From NCBI GenBank assembly GCA_027340875.1, contig DAIENX010000003.1, positions 1-28,132 on the forward strand: a stretch of 28,132 bases of DNA, read 5' to 3'. Shown here one piece after another: positions 1 through 11,937 of the stretch. The notes under the pieces are model-generated. The model did no database searches, was not told where the DNA came from, and was given only the letters and a program-made list of their open reading frames with translations. Source of the stretch: Elusimicrobiota bacterium. Its GTDB lineage: Bacteria; Elusimicrobiota; Elusimicrobia; Elusimicrobiales; UBA9959. The translations under genes and the position numbers were made by a program. The number at the start of each line of letters is the position of its first letter. Position 1 is the stretch's first letter.

Positions 1-3000
1 CACGTAGATGGTATAGACGTGGTTGTTGGTGGATATCGTCGGCGGATCATAGGTGGCCGGCGGATAGCTCCAGGTTATGGTCGACGCCGAGGAGACGTAG
101 TCCACCGGCAGGTCCACCACCGTGCCCGAGCTCCAGCCGAGCGCCGCGGTGCCGTTCCAGTAGTAAACGTCGCCGCCGGAGACGTGCGTGATCCGGACCT
201 TCAGGCCCGACGGCGGGTTGGCGAGGCCCGACAGGCCGCCGTAGCTCGTGCCAGCTATCAGCGGCAGCGAGTTCTGTATGAAGCTGTTGGCGGTCGGCGT
301 GGAGATCCTGGAGACCGGCGGCGTGCCGTCCACCACGAAGGTGTGCACCGTCCACGGGTTCTGCTCGTTGCCGCCGCGCGCGTCCATCGGCTCGGCCTTG
401 TCGAAGGCCCTTACCCGCAGCGTGTACTGCCTGTCGGAGACCCAGTTGCCGAAGCCGCCGGTGACGCCGTCGAAAGGATAATGCCAGCTGTCGGTGCCTA
501 TCACCTCCTGCCAGGCTCCGTCAAAAGTGACGGTCCAGGAGCTGAAAGCGGAGCCGGTCCAGTAATAGGTGGTGTTCCCCTCCATGTAGCTCAGGTGGAT
601 CTGCGGCGTGCTCAGCAACACGCCCACGAAAGGCAGCGGCGTGTCCGCGGCGCTGCCGCTGAAGGCGTTCACGCCGGTAAGGTTGCCCGGCTTGTACTGG
701 CCCAGGTCCAGAGGCTGGGCTATCGCGGAGGTGGGCGGGGTGCGGTCCCAGATGAAGGTCCTGGACGAGACCCCGCCGGTGAAGCCGGCCTGCACGTTGC
801 CGGCCTTGTCCACTGCCCTGGTCTGCAGCACGTATTCCTTGCCGGTCAGCAGCGCCGACTGCAGGTTGGCGTGCGTGTAGCTCCAGGTATCGGTACCGGA
901 AACGATGTTGAAGGTGGAAGCCGAGATAGCGAAGGCCCCTGACCCGTCCTGCCAGCGTTTGTCGGCCTGCACGTCGTAGATCTGCACCTCGACCCTGCTC
1001 AGGTCGGATTTGCCGTTGGGCGAGTAGACGCCTATCGGGTCGTCGGCGGTCCCGTAGATGCCGGTGATGTTGCGCAGCACCTGATAGCTGCGCGGCGTGG
1101 CCATGTACGACGCCGGCGGCGAGGTGTCGAACAGCACCTGGTAGGAAGCCATGCCGCTCTCGTTGCTCTCCACGTTGCCGGCCTTGTCCTTAGGCATCAG
1201 CAGCACCTTGTAGCGCCTGCCGTCCTGCAGGGCCGGGGTGACCAGCGTCACGGTAGACCAGTTGACAGTGACCTGCGGCACATAGTCGGTCTCCAGGTCG
1301 GCGGTGTTGACGGAGAAGCTGGAGCCTGTCCAGTAATAGCCATTCTCCACGTCCTTGATCCTGACGTATACGTTGCCGCCGAAGCTCTTCTGCAGCGAGG
1401 GCTGCGTGATGTTGCCGGGGTCGGTGGCCGTGCCGGAGAGAGCGGGCATGGCGTTTATATTGGGCGCGTTCGGCGACTGGATGTAACCGACGGGCTTGGT
1501 GTTGTCTATCACCATGCGGCGCTCGGCGTTAAGGCCGAACTCGCCCGCGGAGTTGTACGGCGTAACCGTGACCGTGTAGGAGGCGTTGTCGACCGTGAAG
1601 GCCGCGGGGCCGTTTATGGACTGCACCCAGCTACCGCCGCTGACCCAGGTATAAGTGTCGACGCTCACCCAGGAGAGGGACGGCTCGTACCACCACACGG
1701 ACTGGCCTATGTCGCGGCGCAGCCTGATCTGCACGCTGTCCGCCGCCCGCAGGTTGGTGCCGCTGCCTTTTATGTTGAGCATGTCCCCGGCCATGTAGTT
1801 CCTGTCGTCCGGCCCCATCGGAGTGTCTATGTAGGCCACGGCCTGCGGCGTCTTCAGCAGGAAGTTCACGTCCACGACCTCTATCGTGCCCTTGGACTTC
1901 TGGTTGTTGCCCTTGTCCACGGCCAGCGCTATCATGTCGTACTGGCTCTCGTTGATCCACGGTATGCCGGCGGTGTTCCAGGTCCACGTGCTGTACTGCA
2001 GCGGGTTGGGGTTCACGTTGAGCGTGGCGGTGGCGAACCAGATGCGGCTGTTCGGGTATAGCCCGCCGGGACAGGCCGCGAAGGTATTGGTGACGTTATC
2101 GTAGCAGCGGGGCGCGCCGGTCCCGGTGTTCTGGCGCAGCGACACCACTACGACGTCCGAGGTCTTCAGCTCTCCCGGCGGCACATCGTACGCCGTGCCC
2201 CAGATCTGACTCACGGAGGCGACCTGGCCCACCGGCGCCAAGGTCATCGACGTGGGAGGCGTGACGTCGCCGGTGAAGTAGTTGGTCGTGTACTGGTCCT
2301 CCAGATGGCCCAGCAGGTCCCGTACGCGGCTCATCGCGTAGTACGTGGTGCCGTCCGCGATGGCCCCGCCGGGCAGGGCATAGCTCCACGTGCCGGAGGA
2401 GGCGCCGGAGAAGACCGCGGCGTTCCACCACCTCGCGGGCTCGGTAAAGGCGGTGTTCTTCCACCACAGGCCGTCGGTGAGCCGCTGCATGGCCAGCTCC
2501 ACCGCCACGTTGTAGGTGCTGATGCCGGACTCGTAGATGCGGCCCGCCTCCGGATAACCCTTGAGGTTCTCCACCGAGTCGTCGGCGGTGCCGGTCACGG
2601 CGGGGACCGCGCCGATGAAGCTGTTGTGCACCGGGAAGGTGACCTTCGAAGCCGGAGTCGAGAAGTCGACCAGGAACGTAAAGGTTGAGGTGTAGAGCCC
2701 GGTCAGGTTGTTCAGCGCCTGGTCGCGGGCGTACTGGTTTATGTAGTACTGGTAGCCGTCGGTCTGGGAGGCCGGCGCGACGACCTTGGTCCAGTCCCCC
2801 GCCACCAGGGTGTCGATGTCGTAGTAGTCGTTGGCCGCCACCCAGGCGCTGGTGAAGAAGTTCCAGTACTGCCCGTCCGAGCGGCCCATGCGCAGCTTGA
2901 CCACGTTGACGCCGCTGGGCTCGTCGCCGGTGTTCGGATCGAACGCGGTGCCGCGGATCATGCCGGTGGCGGTGTCTATCGCGAACGGCGCCGGGGCCGT

Positions 3001-6000
3001 CACGTCGGTCAGCGGCGTGGTGTTGTCGAAAGTGAAATAGTACGCGGCGCTGGCGTCGGCGTTCTGGTTGTTGTCTATCTGGACGTTCGTAGGCTTGGCC
3101 TGCCAGTTGCCGGCCTTGTCGTAGCCGCGCGCCCAGACGGAGATCTTCGAGTTGTTGACAGGGGAGAGGGCCGGCAGCGCTATGCTCCAGGCGCCGTTGG
3201 CGTACGAGGCGTCATGCCAGAGGTCGTACTTGGTGACCGGGCTGGTGTCCCAATCGCCTATCACGCCGCCATAGGTGCCCTTCCAGATCGCGTTGTAGGT
3301 GCCGCGGGCCTTCACCAGGACCTTGACCCCCACGATGACGCCGGTATCGGTGACGACGCCGTAGATATAGGGCGCGCTGTACTGGGCCGACAGGTTCACC
3401 GGGGAAGTGGCGAGGGCGACGGGGACCTCGTTGTCGAACTGCACGACGCGCCCCGCCTGGGCCGGGATATCCGCGCCGGCCGGCTGTCCGGAGGCGGGCC
3501 CGAACTCCTTGTTCAGCGCCAGGTCGTAGGCGTAGGTGACGAAGCGGTAGTCCTGCCGCTTGTTAGTAGCGATGGCCCCCTGCAGCGGCGCCGGCAGGTT
3601 ATAGGTCCACGCGACCGTGGCCTGGCCGATGCTGTACGGCGAGGTGTCCACATAGACCTCGGACCAGATAGGCTCGGGCTGGTCGAAGGCGCTGCCGCTC
3701 CACCAGTTGCCGCCCACCAGGCGGACCGCGATCTTGACGGTGTAGGTGCCCAGCGCGGCCTCGTACACCCTGGGGCCGTAGCGTTCGTCGGTGGCCTGGC
3801 CGGAGACTGACGGTATGGAGTTGACGAACTCCGCGGACGGAGAGAGCACCGTAGAGGTGGGCTTGTCCAGGTCGAACTTGGTGGTGACGGAGACCACGCC
3901 GGAATAGTTGCCGGCGTAGTCCTGCACGCGGGCCTCGTACTTGTACTTCTTGTCGCTGTTGAAGGCCAGCGCCGCGGAATTGAAGCTCCAGGAGGTCGGC
4001 ACCCCCTGCGCGGGCCGCCAGACCGGCGCGGAGCAGGGCGTGAAGGACGAGCCGTCGAAGCAGTTGACGTAGCTGCCGTCCGCCAGCACCTCGCTGACGG
4101 CCACGGCGGCGGTGCTGGGGCCGGTGAAGGCGGCCGTCTGGTTGTTAGTGCCGCCTCCGGTCACCGGCGTCGAGACCAGCACTCCGGAGTAGGTGACGCC
4201 GTCGGCCGGATAGGCGATGGACGCCAGCGGCCCCGTTATGTCGTAAGTGAAGGTGAAGGTCGAGTAGAGCGACGAATAATTGCCGGCGTAATCCAAGGCC
4301 CTCGCCACCACGGTATAGGCCGCGTCGTCCCGGAGCATCGCCGGCTGGACGGTGTAGTACCAGGAGGTCGGGCCCAGCGTGGCCGCCTGGCGCCAGACGT
4401 TGGGGTCGTTGGAGTTCGCTGTCCACGCCGAGCCGTCCCAGAAGCGCTCGGCGACGCCGCTGCCCGTGGAGATCTTGACCTCGGCCCTGTCGAAGCCGGC
4501 CACGGCCGCGTTCGCCGTGCCGCCTATGCCGGGCAGCGCGTTCACCGCTACGGCGGCCGGCGTGGTCACCAGCACGCCCGGAGGCGTGTCGTCTATGATG
4601 AAATAGCGGACGTTGACCCCGCGCGTCTGCGCGGTCTCCCAGTTGCCGGCGCCGGTGTGGTCGGCCAGGCGCGCGTCGTCCATGGCCTTGACCTCGGCCT
4701 TGTACTCGCCCTCGCCCATGTTCCAGTTCACGTCCGGCAGGTAGACCCAGTTCCAGATGGCGCCCGCCGGCGAAACTGAGACCGGCTGCCAGGCCGCCTC
4801 GGAGGAGATCGTGGTGACGAAGGAGGCGCCGTCCCAGTAATAGGTGACGGCCCCGAGCAGATAGGAGAGGCGTATGACGCCGGAGGCGACGCCGGCGTTA
4901 TCCGCGCTGTAGTAGCTGTCCTGCATCGTTCCGAACAGCCTGGTGCCGGTGCCGGACTTGCCGACGTTGCCGGACCTGTAGCGGCCGCTGACGCCGTTCA
5001 GGTCGTCGGCGGGCAGCGTGAAGACCGAGGAAGGCGGGGCCTTGTCCACGATAAGCACCGCGGAGGAGACCCCCACCCCCAGGACCTCCTGCACGTTGCC
5101 GCCCACGTCGGCCGCCTTGGCCAGGAAGAGATAGCGCATCGCCGGAGTGCCGGCGGGGGCGTCCGTGAACCTGTTGTCGAAGGAAGCCGGCGCGTAGGAC
5201 CAGCTGGTGGCATTGGCCGACAGATAGCCGCTGGTATTGGCCTTGAGGGCGATCCAGAACGGGTTGGCGCCGTTGTCGAAGAAACCGGAGCCGTCGAACC
5301 AGAGAGGCGGGCTGCCGAGCTGCCGCACCGCGACGTAGACGTCGGAATTCGCGAAATTGTCCACCGCGGTGCCGGCGAGTCCGGCCACCTGGCGCATGCC
5401 GTTGACGGCGTTGGTGGAAGGCACCGCCAGGTAGGCCGTAGGGGAGGCTATGTCTATCGTGAACTGCGCCGCGGCGGCCGCGCCGGAGTTGCCCGCCTTG
5501 TCCGCGGCCGTCAGCTCCACTACGTAGGTCTGGTCCGGCTCAAAGACCTGGTGCGTGGTGAAATAATCGGTGGTATAGTTCAGCGTGCCGGTCTTCAGCA
5601 CGTCGTTCCAGCTCAGCACCGCCGGCAGGTCGGTATACTGGCCGGCCAAGGCGGTGAACGTGGAAGCCTGCCAGTTCCAGTATTCGGCGGCGGCCTGCCG
5701 CCTGACCCTGAAATAGCCCGAAACCACTGTACCCGGGGCGGTGTCGGAGACGGTACCGGACAGGGCCGCCAGGGAATGCAGATATATCTTGTCCGGCATC
5801 GTTATGGCGGCGGCGGGGTTGGAAGCGTCCAGGACGAACTCGCGGCCGGAGCCGGGCGTCTCCGGATAACCGTAGATCTCATGCGTTGCCTTGGAGACCG
5901 CGCGGTATTTCCGGTTGCCGTTCCACGTCGGCAGGGTTATGGTCCAGCCTGGCTTCGGGAAAGTGTTGACGCCGGCGTAGCCGGTGAACGCGGTGGTGGA

Positions 6001-9000
6001 TACCCAGGCCGAGCCGTTCCAGGCCAGATCGTCGTTGCCCTCGTTCTCCTTCAGGTCCGGCCCGTAATCCGTTATGCGCACCGCCACCGTAGTGGCGTAG
6101 ACCGCCGTACCGATTATGGGCGGGATATTGTCGGAACGGTAATGCGGGACCCCCGAAGGCGGCGTGGTTATGTCGGAGACCGGCGGCGGAGGATAGAGCC
6201 GGAACTGTATCAGCGGCGAGTCCGGCAGCGCCTGCGCCGGCTTGGCGACCGCGTTGGCGGCCTGGTCCACCGCCTTGGCGAAGATCTGGTACTGCACGCC
6301 GGCCAGCTCCGTGTACCAGGTAGGGGTGGAAGCTCCCGTGGCCTGCCAGGTGTTGCCGATTATAGTGGCGTCGTAGAACAGCTCCGTGGCGGAATCCCAG
6401 GCGCCGGTGGCGCGGTTCCAGTACTTGCCGGCGCAGACGCTGTCCACGCAGTAGTAGGACAGCCGCACCTTGTCCAGCGTGCCGGGCGCGAAATCGGAGG
6501 CGGAGCCCGTTATGACGTTCAGTTCGGCGTGCACCCCGGCCCCGTGGGTGGGATAGGTGACGGTGGAAACCGGCGGCGTGAAGTCGGCCTTGATGTTGGT
6601 GGCCGTGGCGTAGACCAGCTGGTAGTTGCCGGCCTTGTCCACCGCCCAGGCGTTGATCTCGTAGGTCTCGCCGCTCTGCCAGGGGGCCGTGTTGAGTTGC
6701 CACCAGGTCGCGGCCGGACTGAGAACGCCGTAGGACTGCACGCTGTTCTCCAGGGCGGCGACCGCCCACGAGGAACCGGCGATGCTCCAGTACTTGCCGG
6801 CGTTCGGGCCGGTCAGCTGCTTGACGCGCACCCTCAGGTCGTTCACTATACCGTTGGGGCTGTCGTACGAGCCGCCATAGATCTTGCCGGTCTGGCTGAT
6901 GTAGCCGTTGTCGTACGGATAGAAGATGGCGGCCGTGGGACGCGTTATATCGTAAACGAACGAGGCCTTCACCCCGTAGCCTTCCTGGTTGGTGGCGGCG
7001 TCGTTGGCGCTGGTCTGCACGGTGAAGCGCCTGCCGTCGTTCCCGGCGTACATGGCGGGGTTTATGGCATGGTCCCAGCCAGTCCAGGGCGGATTGGCGC
7101 CCAGCGGCTGCGGCGTGAGGGCCCAGCCGTTGACGCCGTTCCAGTACCAGCCGTCGGAGTCTCTGGTGATGTAAAGCGAGATGTTCGAGACGCCGGAGGA
7201 GCCGGGATCGTAACTGGTGCCCAGGACCTGCGCCGCCTGATAGTTCAGATGGGAGCCGTCGGCCGGCACGGTCACGGTGGAGACGGGCGCCTGGTTGTCA
7301 TAGAGGAAGGTGGCCGTGGTGTAGATGGTGTCGTAGTTGCCGGCCACGTCCAGGCCGCGCGCCCGGATGCGGTACGTGGCGCCGCTGGTCCAGGTGGAGT
7401 TCTGGATATTGTAGGTCCACGAGGAAGAACTGGCGTACAGGACCTCCTGCAGAGGCAGCCAGGGCGCCGAGTTCTCGGACGCGCCGGTGGTCGACCAGGG
7501 CGGGTTCAGCGACGGGTCGTAATACTTGTTCAGCGAGGTCATGAACACCGTTATGCGCGTCTGCGCCACGGCGACGTTATCGCCGGTGGTACCGGCGATG
7601 TTGGGCAGAGAGTTGTAGCTCGGCAGCGACGGCAGCGTTATATAGCTGACCGGCTTCTCGTTGTCGTAAGTGATCACGCGTCCGGTGCCGGCCGGGATAT
7701 TGGCGGCGAGAGGCTGGCCGCCGCCGGGGCCGTACTCCGGGTTGAGCGCGAGGTCGTAGGCCCACGGCACCAGCCGGTACTGCAGGTTCTGGTTGGCCGG
7801 CGCCGCCAGGTAGGTGCGCAGCGCGGCGGGGAGGTTGTAGGTCCACGTTACGGTGCTCTTGCCGGTATCGTAGGCGGAGGTGTCCACCGCCGTCTCGAAC
7901 CAGACAGGGTCCGTGGCGTCGAAGAGGTTGTTGGCGCTCCACCAGTTGCCGCCGACCAGCTGCAGCGCCACTTTAACGGTATAGGTGCCCAGGTTGGCGC
8001 GATAGGTATCCGCCACGTCCGCGGCCTCGCCGCTTATCCGCGTGAAGCCGGTGGTATATCCGGTCAGCGGATAGGTTATAGTAGAGGTCGGGGACTTGAC
8101 GTCGAACTTGATCGTCGCGGCGGCCGGCACGGACTCGTTGCCTGCGTAGTCCACGGCCTTGGCCTCGAACTTGTACTGCCGGTTCCCGGAGAGGTCCAGG
8201 TTCGCGTTGTTATAGCTCCAGGAGGCGAGCCCGGCAGCCGGCTGCCAGGAGGGGCAGGCGCCGAAGGATACGCCGTTGAAACAGGTGGTGTTGCCGAGAT
8301 CGGTGATCTGCAGGTAGACGGCGTTCACCTTGGAATAAGGGTCCGTCTGGTCGTTCTGGTCGGAGGCGCCGGCCGCTGGCGTGGACAGCCTGATGCGCGA
8401 ATAGGCCTCCCCGTTCAGCGGGAAGGACAGGGAGACGTGCGGCGGCACCGAGTCGTAGGTGAAGACGTAGGTGGAGTAGAGAGTGGAATAATTGCCGGCG
8501 TAGTCCCTCGCGCGCGCGGAGGCCGTATAGGGGGTGTCGTCGGAGAGTATCGCGCCGGGCACGGTGTAATACCAGGAGGTCGGCCCCTGTTTGGTGGTCA
8601 ATATCCAGGTATCGGGAGAGGCGGACCAGGCGGAACCGCTCCAGTAGCGGGCGGCGGCGCCGACGCCGGTGGAAATGCGTATCTCCGTATACTGGTGCCC
8701 CGCCAGGTCCGCGTTGGCGGTGCCGTAGATGGTGAACGGGGCCTTCTGCGCCAGTACCGACGCCGACGGCGTGGTTATCAGCACGGACGGCGGCGTGGTG
8801 TCCAGCACCACCTCCACGTCGGCGCCGAAAGTACCGGAATTGGGCGGCACCGCGTCGTCTATGCCGCGCACCGCTATCATGTATTTCTCGTCCGAAACCT
8901 GGTTAACGGCAGGCAGCGTATAGACCCAGTTGCCGGAAATGAAGGCGCCGGGGGACACCTCGGAGGGCGTGGCGGACCACGTGCCTCCGGTCCAGTAATA

Positions 9001-11937
9001 GGTGGTATTCCCCTCCAGCCGGCCGATGCGCAGCCTTATGTTAGTGACGGCGCCCATCCCGGCCGGGGTGTCGGAGGCGTTACCGCTCAGGGTCCAGGCG
9101 CCGTTGGGGTTCACTTTCCCGTAGCCGCCGGTATCCTCGTAGCCCGTCAGCGCCACGACCGGCGGCTGGGCGTCCCAGACTATGGTGAAGGAGGAGACGC
9201 CGTCGGCATAGACCTGCTGGGTGTTGCCCGGGGTCAGCGAAGTATCTTTGGCCCGGCTCCAGACAATGTACCAATAGCCCTGGGTGAAAAAGCCCGGGGG
9301 AGGCATGTGCGAATGCGTCCAAGAGGAGACGGTGACGTTGGGCACGTGCACGGCGGCGGTGCCCCAGTAGATATCGTCGCCCTCCGGCCGCGTGGCGTCC
9401 CAGTTCCCGCTATCCCAGCGCCAGTAGCTCGGCAGGGGCTCTACGTCCTGGGCCGGCCTCTTGAGATGCAGCAGCACCTTGTCCAGTTTGCCGGCGGTGC
9501 CGCCGGGGCCGGCTATGTCCCAGGCGGTGCCGGAGACGGCGTCCAGCGAGGAACGCACCTGGCCGCTGACGGCGGGCACCGTGGAGTTCACGGCGATGAA
9601 GTTCTGCAGCACCGCCGTGGGAGAGGTCCTGTCCACGAGGAAATCCACCGCCGACCCGGTCTGCACGTTGGCCGCCCTGTCGGTGACCTTCGGCGTTATC
9701 CTGTAAGCGGCGCCGTCCGCCCACGCGGGCAGCCCGGTATTGACGGACCAGGCGCCGGCGTTGAAAGTGGTGGTGGCCCAGACCACTCCGTTCTGCCAGG
9801 CCGTAGTGACCGGGTTCCAGTAGGTGGTGGAATAGGACAGGTCCTGTATGGTTATCTCCGCCTTTTCCACCTGCCCCGGCGCCGTGTCGGAAGCGTTGCC
9901 GGAGAGCTGCGGGACGTTGCGGTAGATCGCGGGACCGGGAGAGGAGATAGAAGCGGCAGGCAGCGTGAGGTCGTACGTCACTATGTTGCCGTTGAGATCG
10001 ATGGCCTGCTCCTCGCCGGCCGGGCCCACGCCCTTGGAAAGGAAGTAATAAGAAGTATTGTCCGTCCACGCGGAGGTGGAGATGCTGTCGGTCCACTCCC
10101 AGTAAAGGCTGGAGTCCGGCAGGACGGTGATGTTGCTGACGTTGAAGTAGGCGCGGGGCGCGGCCGGCCCCGGCATCGCGCCGGGGGCCGAGAAGGAGCT
10201 CCCGTACCAGTAATAGCCGTCGCTCAGCCTCTCGACCGACACTTTCACTCCGGAGAGTATGGAGTAGGCGAACTTGGTCGCGCCGCCGGAAATGACCTGG
10301 GGCTTCGACTTGGTGAAGGTGTTGTTGGACGGCACGCTGATCCAGGTGTCCGGATACGGGGCGCTGTAGTAGAAGTTCTTCCGCCAGATCATGGTCTCGG
10401 TATTGGCGGCCTTGTCGCGGGCGTAGGCGCGGACCGAGTACCAGGCGTTGTTCCACTGCCAGATGATGTCCGGGATGGTGTAGGTCCAGTTCCCGGCGGC
10501 CAGCGTGACGGAGGAGACGGGGAGCCAGGTGGTCGCGTTGTTCTGCCAGTTCTGGCCGTCGAAGGTCCAGGCCACCGCGCCGCCCTGCCCGGAGGGCGTG
10601 TAGGCGAACTGCAGGAAGACGTTGTCCACTACGCCCGGCGCCACATCGGAGGCGGTGCCGGTCACCTGCGGCAGAGGCGACGAGCCGTAAGTGGCCCCCT
10701 CCGCCGGCAGCGTGATCGTGGACGTGGGAGCCGTGAAATCGGCCTTGATGCTGGTGGCGGTGGAGTAAACGAGCTCCGCGTTGCCGGCCTTGTCGACCGA
10801 GTAGGAGTTGAACTCGTAGGTCTCGCCGCTCTGCCAGGGGGTGGCGTTCAGCTGCCACCAGGTCGCGGCCGGGCTGAGCGTGCCGTAGGAAACGACGCTG
10901 TTCCAGACCTCCGGCGCGCTCTCCACCGTCCAGCTGGAGTCCAGCACCCGCCAGTAATGCCCCGCCTTGGGCCCGGTCAGCTGCTTTATCCGCACCTTCA
11001 CGTCGCCCACCATGCCGTAGGGCTTGTCGTAGGAGGAGCCGGCGGCCTTGCCGGTCTGGCTGATGTAGCCGTTGTCGTACGGGTAGGTGACGGCGTTGGT
11101 GGGGCGGCTGACGTCGTAGACGAAAGTGGACTTCACGGCGAGAGCCTCGGAGTTGGAGGCCGCGTCGTTGGCGTAGGCCTCTATGTTGTACCTCTCGCCG
11201 TCTATGTAAGCCGCGACCTGGCTGCCGATGTCCCTGCTCCAACCGGTATACGGCGGCACGGTAGGCAGCGATACCGCCGGCGAGGCCTGCCAGCCTACGC
11301 CGGTCCAGTAGTCGCCGTTGGACTTCCTCAGATAGAGCGTGACGTTATTGACCCCGGAGAAGCCGTCGAAGGCGGTGCCGGTTATCGTTATCGGATAGGC
11401 CGACAGCGGCAGGTGGGAACCGTTGGCCGGGTAGGTCACGCTGGAGACCGGGATCTCGGTGTCGAACTGGAACGCGCCGGTGGAATAGACGATATCCCAG
11501 TTGCCCGCGCCGTCCATGGAGCGGGCCCTGACCCGGTAATGGGCGCCGCTGGTCCAGGTGGAGTTCTGTACGCCGTACGTCCAGGTGGCCGAGGTGGTCC
11601 ACAGCGTCATCTGCGGGGAGATCCACGGCGCGTCGTTGTCGGTAAGGCAGCCGGCGGTCTTCCACGGCGGGTCGAGCGACGGGTCATAGCACTTGTTCTG
11701 GTCGTAGTTGAAGATGCTGAACGCTACCGCGCCTACGGCGGTGTTGTCCACGGCGTCGCCTTTCAACAGCGTCAGGGTATTATAGGCCGTCTTATACGGC
11801 TCCTGCACGGTGGTGACGGGGCGCTGGTTCAGGTAGTCGCGCGTGGAATAAATGACGGAGTAGTTGCCGGCGTAGTCCAGCGCACGCGCCGACACGGTGT
11901 AGGTGGTCTTGGCCACCAGCATGGAAGCCGGCACCGT
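1..11937 (-). CDS. In-frame continuation of the giant Ig-repeat protein (~3,979 codons, ~31 more Ig-like domains), 3'-truncated by the window edge
   Basis: Manual translation after the TAA continues TVPASMLVAKTTYTVSARALDYAGNYS.... The same frame yields Ig-repeat motifs down to base 1 (...STITWSYPPATYDPPTISTNNHVYTIYV). The ORF track lists no minus-strand ORF ending in this frame below 11938, consistent with no further stop; the continuation is presumably unlisted because it has no stop inside the window. Confidence 0.9.

Noticed and set aside
6658..11082. Identical 29-36 nt repeats as CRISPR repeats or a DGR template/variable pair
   Set aside because: Only two copies each, about 4.16 kb apart, in frame within paralogous domains. 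No spacer array, no cas or reverse transcriptase gene, and no adenine-specific mismatch pattern noticed.
9410..11242. Alternative-frame minus-strand ORFs inside the giant gene (e.g. 9410-11242, 12575-14023, 5879-6769)
   Set aside because: R/H/G/P-rich off-frame products of high GC3 codon bias; the Ig-repeat frame explains the sequence
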